From assembly GCA_963749495.1 (NCBI GenBank), contig CAVVMW010000012.1, positions 448,001-512,000 of the forward strand: a DNA stretch of 64,000 nt, written 5' to 3'. Position numbers and translations under genes: made by a program. Shown here one piece after another: positions 28,910 through 38,904 of the stretch. Within the stretch, counting starts at the first letter, position 1, and every line of letters begins with the position of its first letter. This DNA comes from an uncultured bacterium (GTDB lineage Bacteria > Verrucomicrobiota > Verrucomicrobiia > Limisphaerales > UBA8199). Under the pieces are notes generated by a model. It saw nothing but the letters and a program-made list of their open reading frames with translations. It was not told the origin of the DNA and made no database searches.

Positions 28910-30106
28910 TTACAGTTCCCTCAGCGCGGCGGCCACGGGGAGGCGGGCGGCGCGCAGGGCCGGCAGCAGCCCGCCCAGCAGCCCGATGAAGGTGGCCCAG
29001 GCCACTCCCTGGAGCAGCAGCGTGGAGGTGACCAGGAAGGAAAAGGTGACCTGGCTGAAGCTCATCCAGTTCATTGTGGCAGTGTGGAACCCATTGCACG
29101 CCAAATACGCCACGCCAGCCCCGAGGGCGCCCCCCGCCAGGGCCAGCGCCAGAGACTCGAGCATCACCGAGACCACGACCGCGCCCCGGCCGAAACCCAG
29201 CGCGCGCAACGTGGCGATTTCGCGCGTGCGGGCAGAGACGGAGCTGTACATCGTATTGAGGGCGCCAAAGACCGCGCCAATCGCCATCAAGGAGGCAACC
29301 AGGTAGCCCAGCGTGGTAATCAACTTGGTGAGCATGCTGGACTGCTCGGCATAATACTCGGCCTGGCGGAGGACCTTGACATTGACGCGCGGGTTGGCGG
29401 TGAGCGAGTCTTTGAATTGCTGGAAGGTGGCCGGCGAACTGAGCTTGGCATAAACGGCCTGGAAGGTCGTGCCCCGGTGGTAGGCCTCCTGCAGCACGGT
29501 GGCATCGGTCCAGATCTCGGATTCCGCCGAGCCGCCGGCCGAGAAGATGCCCGACACCGTCCACTCCTGGCGCCCAACCTGCAACCTGGACCCAACGTCG
29601 AGGCCCTTGAACTCCTGCGCCGCGCCCACGCCGGCCATCACTTCGTTGCGGCCCCAGCCGAAGGCGCTGCCTCGCTCGACCTTGAGCTTGTCCCGCACCG
29701 CGAAGGCCGGGGCCTCGACGCCGCGCAACGCCACGTTGGCATCCGTGCCGGTTGTGCGCTTGGGCAGGTTGATGATGACGAACAGCTCGGCCGAGGCCAG
29801 CGGGCCCTTGCCGTCACGGGCCAGGCCCGGGGCATCGGCGATGACGCGCGTCTGCTCCAGCTCGAAGCCGCTCACCATCTCGCTATCGGCGCCGCTGCGC
29901 AGGACGATGGCGGCATCGGGAGCGGCCGAGGCGTTCATGGCCTGCCTGAAACCCGCCGCCATCGAGAGCACGCCCACCAGCACGCCCACCACGCCCGCAA
30001 TGCCGATGAGGGCCGCCACCACTGAGCCCCGCCGCTGTGGAATGCCCAGGAGCCCAAACTTGGTGACGGAGGCGACCTGAGACAACCAATTGATCGGACC
30101 TGCCAT
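28910..30106 (-). CDS. ABC transporter permease (MacB/FtsX family)
   Basis: NTMYSSVSARTREIATLRALGF; GGLLPALRAAR. Confidence 0.92.
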   Translation of the reverse strand: MAGPINWLSQVASVTKFGLLGIPQRRGSVVAALIGIAGVVGVLVGVLSMAAGFRQAMNASAAPDAAIVLRSGADSEMVSGFELEQTRVIADAPGLARDGKGPLASAELFVIINLPKRTTGTDANVALRGVEAPAFAVRDKLKVERGSAFGWGRNEVMAGVGAAQEFKGLDVGSRLQVGRQEWTVSGIFSAGGSAESEIWTDATVLQEAYHRGTTFQAVYAKLSSPATFQQFKDSLTANPRVNVKVLRQAEYYAEQSSMLTKLITTLGYLVASLMAIGAVFGALNTMYSSVSARTREIATLRALGFGRGAVVVSVMLESLALALAGGALGAGVAYLACNGFHTATMNWMSFSQVTFSFLVTSTLLLQGVAWATFIGLLGGLLPALRAARLPVAAALREL

Positions 30107-30107
30107 A

Positions 30108-31265
30108 TCACATCCTCCTCAAGGCATCGGCCACGCGCAAACGCATCGCCTGCAACGCCGGGAAAAGGCCCGTCACCAGGCCCAGCGCCAGGCAGATGCC
30201 CACGCCCAGGAGCAGGTCGCTCACCGGGAAAAAGAACATCGGCAGCATGGTCGAGAGCGGCTTGGCCAGGGCCGGCACGGCCAGGCAGGCCAAGCCCAGG
30301 CCCAGCCCCCCGCCCAGCGCCGCTATCAGGCAGGACTCCCCCAGCACCAGCAGCAGCACCTGCCGGTGGGTAAACCCGATCGCCTTGAGCACCCCCAATT
30401 CCCCCGTCCGCTCGCGCACGGCCTGGGACATTGTGTTGCCGGTCACCAGCAGTATCGTGAAGAACACCGCGCCCAGGATGATGGCGGTCATGAGCGCGAT
30501 GTTTCCAATCTGCTTGATCCAGGCCTGCACGAAGGCCTTCTCCGGCTCGGTCTTGGTCTCCTGGGCGGAGTTTTCGAATTCCTTGTCCACCTGCGCTGCT
30601 ATCGCGGCCGCCTGCGCACTGTCCTTCACCCGAATCGTGTACCAGCCCACCTGCCCCTTGCCAAAGCTGCGCCCCTCGTCGAAGTAGTCGTAGTGGAAAT
30701 AGAGCGACATGGAGTCGTCCGCCTTCTCCTTGCCCTCAAAGATGCCCACCACGTCGAACTCCCAGGTCTGGCTCCCGTCGCTCTTAGTCCAAATCGGGGT
30801 CTGGATGGGCACCCGATCCCCGATCTTGAGGTGAAACCGCTGGGCTGTGGCCCGGCCCAGGATGGCCCCGGTGCGGGTCCGGCACCAGGCCTGCCTTTGC
30901 TCCGCCGGCAACAGGATCTCCGGGTGCATGTCCAGGAATTCCTCCGGCACGACCGGGCACTGCATAAAGAAGTATTTCCGATCCTGGTAATACCCGCCGA
31001 ACCACGTTTGATGGGTGGCCGAGGCCACGCCAGGAATACGCTCCATCCGCGCCTTGTAACTGACCGGCAACAACTGGATGATGGACACCTTGTGCCGGAC
31101 GACCAACCGGTTGGCCCCCTCCAGGCTTACACCGCCCGTGAGCGCCTGCCGGATCGAGGACAACACTCCGAAGAGGATAAACGCCACGACCACCGACAGC
31201 ACCGTCAGCAGTGTCCGCAGCTTCTTGCGCGTGAGGTTGCTCCAGATAAGAGGGAAAAAGTTCAT
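30108..31265 (-). CDS. ABC transporter permease (MacB/FtsX family)
   Basis: NTMSQAVRERTGELGVLKAIGF. Confidence 0.92.
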   Translation of the reverse strand: MNFFPLIWSNLTRKKLRTLLTVLSVVVAFILFGVLSSIRQALTGGVSLEGANRLVVRHKVSIIQLLPVSYKARMERIPGVASATHQTWFGGYYQDRKYFFMQCPVVPEEFLDMHPEILLPAEQRQAWCRTRTGAILGRATAQRFHLKIGDRVPIQTPIWTKSDGSQTWEFDVVGIFEGKEKADDSMSLYFHYDYFDEGRSFGKGQVGWYTIRVKDSAQAAAIAAQVDKEFENSAQETKTEPEKAFVQAWIKQIGNIALMTAIILGAVFFTILLVTGNTMSQAVRERTGELGVLKAIGFTHRQVLLLVLGESCLIAALGGGLGLGLACLAVPALAKPLSTMLPMFFFPVSDLLLGVGICLALGLVTGLFPALQAMRLRVADALRRM

Positions 31266-31328
31266 GCACTCTGACCGTTTCGAAGGTGTTGGACTTCCTC
31301 GGAGACAGGCTGGACTCGCCCGGGTCCT

Positions 31329-31517
31329 GTCCCGGAGGGACATCTGAGAATAGCCCAACGTTTCAACGTTGGGTTCAGCCGCGCCGAACGATCATGAGTC
31401 CCGCAGGGACGGCTGAGTGCATCGGGCGTCTCAGCCGTCCCTTCGGGACTGATTCCTCTTGGAGGGCCTAACCCAACGTTGAAACGTTGGGCTACTTTCA
31501 CGTGTCCCTCCGGGACA
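31329..31517. repeat. REP-like composite palindrome, family A
   Basis: gtcccggagggac...atagcccaacgtttcaacgttggg / cccaacgttgaaacgttgggcta...gtccctccgggac. Confidence 0.85.
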
Positions 31518-31655
31518 GAAAGTGCCGCATTCCGCGCGGGCAGCTTGGTAGTTGAGGCCAGTGCCGGGATGCGCCCGCACGCTCCACGCTCCACTCTCCA
31601 CGCTCCACGCTCCTCCTCACGCTGGTAGATCTCCGAACCCGTTCTTGCATGTCCG

Positions 31656-32351
31656 TTAGTCCAGCGGCCGATCGCTGAGCTGGCCTTTGTTGAGATAGAC
31701 GGTCCTGGAGGCGCGCGCCGAGGCGTGCGGGTCATGCGTGACCATGATGACGGTCTTGCCATGCTCGCGATTGAGGGCCTGGAGCAAGTCGAGTATCTCG
31801 TCGCCCGATTTCCGGTCCAGGTCGCCCGTCGGTTCGTCGCACAGCAGCAGTGTCGGGTCGGTCACGATCGCGCGGGCGATGCCCACGCGCTGCTGCTCGC
31901 CGCCGGAGAGGGTGCGCGGATAGTGCCCGGCCCGATGGGTCAGGCCGACCACCGCCAGGGCGGTGGCCACGTGCTGCTTGCGCTCGGCCCGGGACAGGTG
32001 CGTCAGCAGCAGCGGCAACTCCACATTCCGCGCCGCCGTCAACACCGGCAGCAAATTGTACAACTGGAACACGAACCCGACGTGCCGCGCGCGCCAGGAC
32101 GCCAGCCGGAGTTCCGACAATTGGTCTGTGCGCTCGCCGGCCACGGTCACTGTCCCGCGCGTCGGCCGGTCCAGCCCGCCGATCAGGTTGAGCAGCGTGC
32201 TCTTGCCTGAGCCCGATGGCCCCATCAGCGCCAGGAACTCCCCTGCCGGCACCTTGAGGTGCAAATCCCTCAAGACGTGAATCTCCTCCAGGCCGCGGCG
32301 GAAGACCTTCTCCACACCATCCACGTCCACTAGCGTGCCGTTTGTGTTCAT
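31656..32351 (-). CDS. ABC transporter ATP-binding protein (LolD/MacB-like)
   Basis: [24 protein letters not shown] and VTHD motifs. Confidence 0.95.
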   Translation of the reverse strand: MNTNGTLVDVDGVEKVFRRGLEEIHVLRDLHLKVPAGEFLALMGPSGSGKSTLLNLIGGLDRPTRGTVTVAGERTDQLSELRLASWRARHVGFVFQLYNLLPVLTAARNVELPLLLTHLSRAERKQHVATALAVVGLTHRAGHYPRTLSGGEQQRVGIARAIVTDPTLLLCDEPTGDLDRKSGDEILDLLQALNREHGKTVIMVTHDPHASARASRTVYLNKGQLSDRPLD

Positions 32352-32423
32352 TTTGTGTGCGATATTTCTCGCCTGTCGGGGCGCTAAACGCAATTACAAA
32401 TCAGGGCGGGGTTTCCAGCGATT

Positions 32424-33641
32424 TCACTTCCTCTCCCTCACCGCCGCGCCATCGGCCAGCGCGCCGGCAGGTTCCACCACGACCCTTTCGCCGGCGGACA
32501 GCCCGGCACTAATGACGGCGTCATCGGAGCCCGAGCGGCCCACGCTCACGGCGCGGCGTTCGGCGCGGCCGTTCCGCACCACGAAGACCACGTCGCGTCC
32601 GTCGAGTTGCCGCAGCGCGGCCTTGGGCACAACCACCGCCCTCCCTGTGGCCGGCCCGGCTCCGGCCGCCTCCCGAAATGCCACCTTCACGCTCATGTCC
32701 GGCAGGATGCGCGGCTCCAGCTTGTCGAATCCGACCCGCACCTTCACGGTCGATTTCTGGCGGTCCGCGGTCGGGATGATGGCAATCACCTTGCACGGGA
32801 TCTTCCAGTCCGGGTAGGCGTCCAGTGTGGCCTCGACGGGCTGGCCCGGCTCGACGCGGTTGATGTAACTCTCGCCGACATCGATTTCGATTTCGAGAGA
32901 CTGCATATCGACGACGGTGCCGATGCCGGTGCGGGTGAACCCGCCGCCGGCGGAGATTGGGGAAATCATTTCCCCCGGCTGGGCGTTTTTCGAGGTGACA
33001 ATCCCGGGGAAGGGCGCCCGAATGGTCATATCATCCAGTTGTTGCCGCCACGTGGCTATGGTGCGCTCGGCCACGAGCACGTCGGCCTCCTGCTGTACCA
33101 GGTGGGCCTTGAGGGCCAGCGCGGACGCCTCGGCGTGGTCGTAATCGGCCTGGGTGGCTATCTTGGTCTTCAGCAAGGCGGACTGGCGCTCCAATTCCTG
33201 GTCGGCCTCGCGGATGCGGACGCGGGTTTCGGCCAGGGCGTTGGTGGCGGAGTCCAATTGCGCCTCGGCCAGGCGCAAGCTCGCCCGCACGTTCGTATCG
33301 TCCAAATGCGCCAGCACCTGGCCCTCCTGCACCTTCATCCCTTCCTCGATCAAGACCTCGGTGACCTTGCCCGTGACCTTCGACGAGACCGTGGCCGCCC
33401 GGCGCGCCGTCACGTAACCGGAGGCGTTGAGCACGATCCGCTCGGCGCCCGCCGCAGTCTCCGCCGCCGCCACCGTCCGCACCGCGATGACCCGAGACCG
33501 CATCAGCCCCCAGCCCCCCGCCGCGGCCAGGGCCATCACCGCCGCCGCACACGCCAGCCACAACCCCAATCGCGGCCCCGACCCCGGCGCCTCAGCGCGC
33601 TGGATCCGCAGATCTTCCAATTTGGGTCTCGGCTCATCCAT
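32424..33641 (-). CDS. Efflux periplasmic adaptor (membrane fusion protein)
   Basis: N-terminal TM, V.EG..V..GQVLA, IRAPF.G.V. Confidence 0.92.
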   Translation of the reverse strand: MDEPRPKLEDLRIQRAEAPGSGPRLGLWLACAAAVMALAAAGGWGLMRSRVIAVRTVAAAETAAGAERIVLNASGYVTARRAATVSSKVTGKVTEVLIEEGMKVQEGQVLAHLDDTNVRASLRLAEAQLDSATNALAETRVRIREADQELERQSALLKTKIATQADYDHAEASALALKAHLVQQEADVLVAERTIATWRQQLDDMTIRAPFPGIVTSKNAQPGEMISPISAGGGFTRTGIGTVVDMQSLEIEIDVGESYINRVEPGQPVEATLDAYPDWKIPCKVIAIIPTADRQKSTVKVRVGFDKLEPRILPDMSVKVAFREAAGAGPATGRAVVVPKAALRQLDGRDVVFVVRNGRAERRAVSVGRSGSDDAVISAGLSAGERVVVEPAGALADGAAVRERK

Positions 33642-33720
33642 AAAAACGCGCCCACAAGAAAGCCCCTTTTCCCGCCCAGGTCAATCGCTCAGTAGCCCGA
33701 AGGGGTTATGCCGCGCGTGA

Positions 33721-33912
33721 GTCGCGTAGCGACGCAGTGACGGTAGCCGTGGACCTCGGTCCACGGTTCGGGCCGTGGGAATGGTTGCGCGTCGCGTAGC
33801 GACGCCTGACAGCGTTGCGGTTTTCAGGCGTCGCTACGCGACGCGGTCGAGCTTGGGCCATGGGTGTCCGTGGACTGGAAGTCCACGGCTACCATCGGGC
33901 ACCGCTACGCGG
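33721..33912. repeat. REP-like composite palindrome, family C
   Basis: gtcgcgtagcgac units; ggtagccgtggac..gtccac / gtggac..gtccacggctacc. Confidence 0.8.
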
Positions 33913-33935
33913 TGAGCCGAACGCCGAGTCATTTG

Positions 33936-34772
33936 TCATTCCCCACTCCGCACTGCGCATTCCGCACTTGATCGACGCGCCGGGCAGCGCAGGATGGTCT
34001 TGAGCCGCTCGGCCGGGACCCGGCGCGGGTCGGACAGGTAGATCTCGTGGTGGCGCCCATGGAATTCGAGTTGGCGGCTGGCTGCAAACTCCTTCATGAC
34101 CGCGATCGTGGCGCATTCCCGGTCATAAACGCAGGCATCGTAGCGGATTCGCTCCGGGGGCGTCACCTCGGGGTCGTCGTGGCAAATCCCGATGAACTGA
34201 GTGTCGCCGCCCAACAGACCCTCCTTGCCCAGTGCCGGCAGAAAGCGGTTCCAGGTCTTGCCCACGTCCGAATAGGGCCCGACGTGGCGCATGAACGCCC
34301 CCCGCGCGGGCCCACGATGCACGATTTTGACTTCCATTTTCTTGCCTCCAGGTTGAAGGGTCTTGAAGTGACTGACGTTGCCGCCGTCGCGGTAGTGCAG
34401 GCCCGAGGGCGCGGCGGTCTCCAGGGGGCGCCGGCGCGAGGCGCGGAACTGCGAGGGCGAAACTCCGAACACCGAGCGGAACGAGCGGGTAAATGCCTCG
34501 TGGCTCTCATAACCGGCGTCCAGGGCGATGCTCAGGACGGATTGCGGCCCCAGCTTGAGTTGGCCCGCCGCACGCTCCAGCCGGAGCCGGCGCACGTGCT
34601 CCTTGACCGATTCGCCCACCATCCCTTTGAAAATCCGGTGGAAGTGGAAGGGCGAGAAACAGGCCAGCCCGGCCAGTTCTTCGAGCGCCAGCGACTCATC
34701 CAGATGCCCCTGGATGTGCACCAGCACCCGCAGCAGCCGCCGCTTGTAGTCGTTTAATGTGACCGTTCTCAT
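33936..34772 (-). CDS. AraC-family regulator with a chimeric GyrI-like C-terminus
   Basis: LEELAGLACFSPFHFHRIFK, AGYESHEAFTRSF; C-terminus HHEIYLSDPRR. Confidence 0.85.
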   Translation of the reverse strand: MRTVTLNDYKRRLLRVLVHIQGHLDESLALEELAGLACFSPFHFHRIFKGMVGESVKEHVRRLRLERAAGQLKLGPQSVLSIALDAGYESHEAFTRSFRSVFGVSPSQFRASRRRPLETAAPSGLHYRDGGNVSHFKTLQPGGKKMEVKIVHRGPARGAFMRHVGPYSDVGKTWNRFLPALGKEGLLGGDTQFIGICHDDPEVTPPERIRYDACVYDRECATIAVMKEFAASRQLEFHGRHHEIYLSDPRRVPAERLKTILRCPARRSSAECAVRSGE

Positions 34773-34876
34773 CGCTCGCTTCCCGAGTCTGCGCCCTGTT
34801 CATAACAGAATCCCGCGCTGGATGCTTGATTGTTCTTGCGGATTTGCACGATGGGACCGGCGGTGCGTGCTCTGGA

Positions 34877-35100
34877 CGCCAAAGGCGTCGTTCATACCAG
34901 CCCAGGGCAACGCCCTGGGAACAGCCGCCAATAATCATCCGGAGCGCTGTAAGCGCGATTCATCCTCCAGGAGCGTTATGAAGCAGGCCCTTGGCCTGCA
35001 ACAGAAGAGAGAATGTGCGGTGGACCCAGGGCGGCGGCCCGCCTGGGCTGCGCTCCGGCGGGCCTTGCCCTGGGCTGGTATGAACCAGGCCTTCGGCCTG
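34877..35100. repeat. REP-like palindrome, family E
   Basis: Perfect 21-bp IR gttcataccagcccagggcaa (34890) / ttgccctgggctggtatgaac (35065). Confidence 0.8.
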
Positions 35101-35290
35101 AACACCAGCCTGCCAACCCCCAGCCTGGCATCAGGGGGAGGACCAAGCGGTGTATATATGGGCCTGCTATACGAAAGCTCCCGAGATCCTCGCAAATCAC
35201 AGGGTTTGAAGCATTTCGTCATGCGCCCCCGTTTTGTCCCCGTCTGTCTTCCGTCTTGCAAATTGGGCCGGGTTTCTTCAATGTCAGGCT

Positions 35291-35779
35291 ATGCAATCGC
35301 ACGAAGTGTTGCGCGAAGTCTTCCAGCAATGCAGTCCCAAGCAAGTCTCCTCGGACCTGGGGCTTTCGCTGTCGATGATTTACAAATGGGCTGAGCCGCC
35401 CGACCCGGTCTCGGGCAGCGGCAGCACCAATCCGCTGGACCGCATCGAGGCGCTGTTGCGCTGCACCAAGGACCTGCGGTTGGTCCAGTGGGTATGCGAG
35501 CGGTCGGGGGGCTTTTTCGTCCTGAACCCCAAGATCACCCGGCCTCATCCTTCCTACTTGATTCCCGCGACAAACCAAATCGTCCAGGAATTCGCCGATT
35601 TGCTCGCGGTCATCGCCGCCGCCGCCGCCGACAACCAGATCACGCAGAAAGAATCCGAGGATATCCGCGCCCGCTGGGAGGAACTCAAGCGGGTCACGGA
35701 GACCTTCGTGGCGTGCTGCGAGGAGGGCAATTTCAGGCCACTCAAGGACAAGCCGCCCGGGTTGGGCCAGCCCAAGTGA
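35291..35779 (+). CDS. Phage regulatory CII-like HTH protein
   Basis: KQVSSDLGLSLSMIYKWAE, NPLDRI, ADNQIT..E...IR..WE. Confidence 0.7.
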   Translation: MQSHEVLREVFQQCSPKQVSSDLGLSLSMIYKWAEPPDPVSGSGSTNPLDRIEALLRCTKDLRLVQWVCERSGGFFVLNPKITRPHPSYLIPATNQIVQEFADLLAVIAAAAADNQITQKESEDIRARWEELKRVTETFVACCEEGNFRPLKDKPPGLGQPK

Positions 35780-37539
35780 CAACGGCCGCAATGTCCGACC
35801 CGTCCGACCGGTCCGACCCGTCCGACGCGGGACTTGAGCCGGGCCGAGTGAGCTTCATCACGTTCTGCAAGAGGCACTCCCGGCGATGCCTCGGACTTGC
35901 GGCCGGACTGAGCTTGTTGGCGTCGGCGCTGTACGCCCGGGGAGGCGAAGTCATCGAGGCGGACCTCTGCATTTATGGCGGCACGGCGGGCGGGGTGGCG
36001 GCGGCAGTGCAGTCGGCGCGCATGGGCAAGCGGGCGGTCATCGCCGAGCCCGGCTTTCACCTCGGGGGCATGACCTCAGGCGGCTTGGGTGCGACGGACA
36101 TCGGCAACAAGGCGGCCATCGGGGGCATCGCGCGCGAGTTCTACAATGAAGTCGCCCGGCATTATGCGAGCGACGGGGCCTGGCAGTTCGAGCGGCGGGA
36201 GGACTACTTCCGGCAGCGGGGCGGGCCGACGGCCCTGGCGGACCTGACTTCGCCGGAGGCCACGATGTGGACCTTCGAGCCCCACGTGGCGGAGGACATT
36301 TTCTTCCGCATGATCAATGAGGCGAAGGTGGCGGTCTATTTCCAGCAGCGCCTGGCCGCGGTGAGCCGGAGCGGGCGCCGCCTGGCCCAACTGATCATGG
36401 AGGACGGGAAGGTCTATCGGGCGCGGATGTTCCTCGACGCCACTTATGAAGGGGACCTCATGAAGATGGCGGGCGTCAGTTATACCGTGGGCCGCGAGGC
36501 CAACGCGCAGTACGGGGAGACGCTCGATGGCGTGCGGCCGGAGACCCCAAAACATCAATTCAGTGTGGCCGTCGATCCCTACCTGCGGCCCGGGGATTCG
36601 GCCAGCGGCCTGCTGCCGTGGGTGCAGGCCGGGGACGACCGGCGGCCCGGAGAGGGGGACCGGTGCGTGCAGGCCTACAACTACCGGCTCTGCTACACCC
36701 AAATCCCGGCCAACCGCCTGCCTCACCGCCCGCCGCCCCAATACGACCCGGCGCGCTATGAATTGCTGGCCCGCTACCTGGAGGCCCTCGTCGCGGCCGG
36801 GCGCAACCCGCGCCTGAGCGAGTTCTGGAATCCTATCTGGATGCCCAATGGAAAGACCGACATCAACAATAACGGCGGTTTCTCCACGGACTGCATCGGC
36901 GCCAACTACGATTACCCGGAGGCAGGCTGCGCGCAGCGCGAGGGGATCTGCCGGGCACACGAGGATTACATCCGGGGCTTCGTCTATTTCCTGGCGACCA
37001 GCCCGCGCGTGCCCGAGGCCATGCGCGCCGAGATGCGGACCTGGGGGCCGGCCGCGGACGAGTTCCCCGACACCGGCGGATGGCCGCATCAACTCTATGT
37101 GCGCGAGGCGCGGCGGATGGTCTCCGATTACGTGATGAGCGAGCACAACTGCCGCGGGCAGGCCCAGGCAGCCCAGCCCGTGGGGCTGGCAGCCTACACG
37201 ATGGACTCGCACAATTGCCGGCGCCTCGCCAAACAGGGCCGCGCCGAAAACGAGGGCGACGTGCAGGTGGGCGGATTTCCACCCTACCCGATCGACTACC
37301 GGTCGATTGTGCCCCGGGCCGGCGAGTGCGAAAACCTCCTGGTGCCGGTCTGCCTGTCCGCAACCCACATCGCCTACGGCTCGATCCGGATGGAGCCGGT
37401 TTTCATGATCCTGGGCCAATCGGCCGCCACCGCCGCGTCGCTGGCCCTCGAGCAAAACCAGGCCGTGCAAGCGGTGGATTACGCGCGGCTGCGCGCCCGT
37501 CTGCTGGCGGACAAGCAGATCCTCCAGTGGGGGCGGTGA
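35776..37539 (+). CDS. FAD-dependent oxidoreductase (FAD_oxidored family)
   Basis: D..IYGGTAGGVAAA, DATYEGDL, YVREARR, SATHIAYGSIRME; start uncertain. Confidence 0.88.
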   Translation: MTTAAMSDPSDRSDPSDAGLEPGRVSFITFCKRHSRRCLGLAAGLSLLASALYARGGEVIEADLCIYGGTAGGVAAAVQSARMGKRAVIAEPGFHLGGMTSGGLGATDIGNKAAIGGIAREFYNEVARHYASDGAWQFERREDYFRQRGGPTALADLTSPEATMWTFEPHVAEDIFFRMINEAKVAVYFQQRLAAVSRSGRRLAQLIMEDGKVYRARMFLDATYEGDLMKMAGVSYTVGREANAQYGETLDGVRPETPKHQFSVAVDPYLRPGDSASGLLPWVQAGDDRRPGEGDRCVQAYNYRLCYTQIPANRLPHRPPPQYDPARYELLARYLEALVAAGRNPRLSEFWNPIWMPNGKTDINNNGGFSTDCIGANYDYPEAGCAQREGICRAHEDYIRGFVYFLATSPRVPEAMRAEMRTWGPAADEFPDTGGWPHQLYVREARRMVSDYVMSEHNCRGQAQAAQPVGLAAYTMDSHNCRRLAKQGRAENEGDVQVGGFPPYPIDYRSIVPRAGECENLLVPVCLSATHIAYGSIRMEPVFMILGQSAATAASLALEQNQAVQAVDYARLRARLLADKQILQWGR

Positions 37540-37649
37540 TGCTGAACCCGGCACCGGAAATGGCCCCCAAGGTGGCACCGCCTGATGTGCTGGCCAGACT
37601 GTTCCTTGTGCATCCTTGCCAATCCAGCCGGATCGGATAGTTTGCTGCC

Positions 37650-37964
37650 ATGACGTTTCCACTGACGGCATACATTGAGGCGGCAATGGAGTTGGCACAC
37701 TACGATAAACTGGACGATGGCGGCTTCGCGGGCGAGATTCCGAAATTGCCTGGCGTGCTCGCTTTTGGCAAGACGCTCAACCAATGCCAGCAGGAATTGC
37801 GCTCTACCGTCGAGGACTGGATTCTCGTTGGCCTGCGCCTCGGGCATACCTTGCCTCGAATTGCCGGAATAGACCTCAATGGTCCAGGGATAGGGCATCT
37901 CACGCCAGCGGCTCGGTGCTCAGGCGGACGGTCAGGGTCGAGGTTTGGCCCGGGGGCAGCTTGA
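37650..37964 (+). CDS. hicB: HicB-family antitoxin (solo; 3' end reads into the convergent gene)
   Basis: YIEAAM..A.Y..L.DG...GEIP.LPGV.A.G.TL..C..EL...VEDWI..GLRLG..LP.I.GIDL. Confidence 0.85.
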   Translation: MTFPLTAYIEAAMELAHYDKLDDGGFAGEIPKLPGVLAFGKTLNQCQQELRSTVEDWILVGLRLGHTLPRIAGIDLNGPGIGHLTPAARCSGGRSGSRFGPGAA

Positions 37965-38802
37965 TTTCGTTGGGGGCCACATTGCCGGATTCGACGCAGA
38001 CCATGCGTTCGTATTCCTGGTTGCCGAAATCGGGCATCTGCTGGGACTTGGCTATCCAGGGGTTCCACACCACGGTCGAGGCCGAGCCCTGCTTCTCCAC
38101 GAGGATCTTCCGCCCAAAACGGGCATCGTGGATTTCCACCGGGCCCGGGGCATTAGAAAAGGTGCGGTTGACCTCCGAGTCGATGCGGATGGGGTGGGCG
38201 GCCTGGGTCTTCCTGGCGAAGTTGTCGACGCGGTCGATGTAAGAGGCGCCCTCGAGTCCGTGGATGGAGATGGCGGTGCAGTCGCCGACTTCGAAATAGG
38301 AGTGCAGGCAATTTTCGAAGGTCAGGACCTCGTCCGGGGAGAGATTGGTAATGAGGAGTTGGAGAGTGAGGAAGTCCTTGACGGCAACGATGTAATCGGC
38401 GGAGAAGGGCGGGAGGGTGGAGGCCTCCGGGCAATCGGGCAGGCGGAAGCGGACACTGACGCTGCCATCGGCGGCGGGGACAAGCTCCTTGAGGTCCCAG
38501 GTCAGGAGGCGGGCAAAGCCGTGCTGGGGGAGGCCCTCGCGCGGGCCGAACCAGGGGAAGATGACGGGGATGCCGCCGCGGATGGGCTGGCCTTCGGTGA
38601 AGCGGCTGCACTGGCTCATGAAGAGCAGGGGCGGTTCGTCCTTTTTCTTGAACTGGGTGACATGGGCGCCGTGCAGGTAGAGCTCCGCCGTGCTCCAGGC
38701 GGTGGAGATTTCGAGCATGGGCAGCTCGTTCTGGCCGTCCAGAAAGGCGACGCGGCCGGCGGCCCGGTCCGGGGAATTGCTCTGTGTGTTGCTGGTTGTC
38801 AT
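37900..38802 (-). CDS. D-hexose-6-phosphate mutarotase (aldose 1-epimerase family, YeaD-like)
   Basis: IRGGIPVIFPWFG, HGFAR, LHSYF, VVWNPW and MVCVE motifs. Confidence 0.92.
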   Translation of the reverse strand: MTTSNTQSNSPDRAAGRVAFLDGQNELPMLEISTAWSTAELYLHGAHVTQFKKKDEPPLLFMSQCSRFTEGQPIRGGIPVIFPWFGPREGLPQHGFARLLTWDLKELVPAADGSVSVRFRLPDCPEASTLPPFSADYIVAVKDFLTLQLLITNLSPDEVLTFENCLHSYFEVGDCTAISIHGLEGASYIDRVDNFARKTQAAHPIRIDSEVNRTFSNAPGPVEIHDARFGRKILVEKQGSASTVVWNPWIAKSQQMPDFGNQEYERMVCVESGNVAPNEIKLPPGQTSTLTVRLSTEPLA

Positions 38803-38904
38803 ATATTGCCTCTGCCGGCCCCCCTTATACCATGGACCCGGCGGCTTGGCACGCCTAATTTTTGGCTTTAATTCGACAGCGGCCGCGCTAAGGTCGCACG
38901 CGAT

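Noticed and set aside
35291..35779. Prophage suggested by the CII-like gene
   Set aside because: No structural, terminase or integrase genes nearby
35792..35826. 9-mer repeat encoding SDPSDRSDPSD
   Set aside because: Short low-complexity repeat near an uncertain start; no further signal
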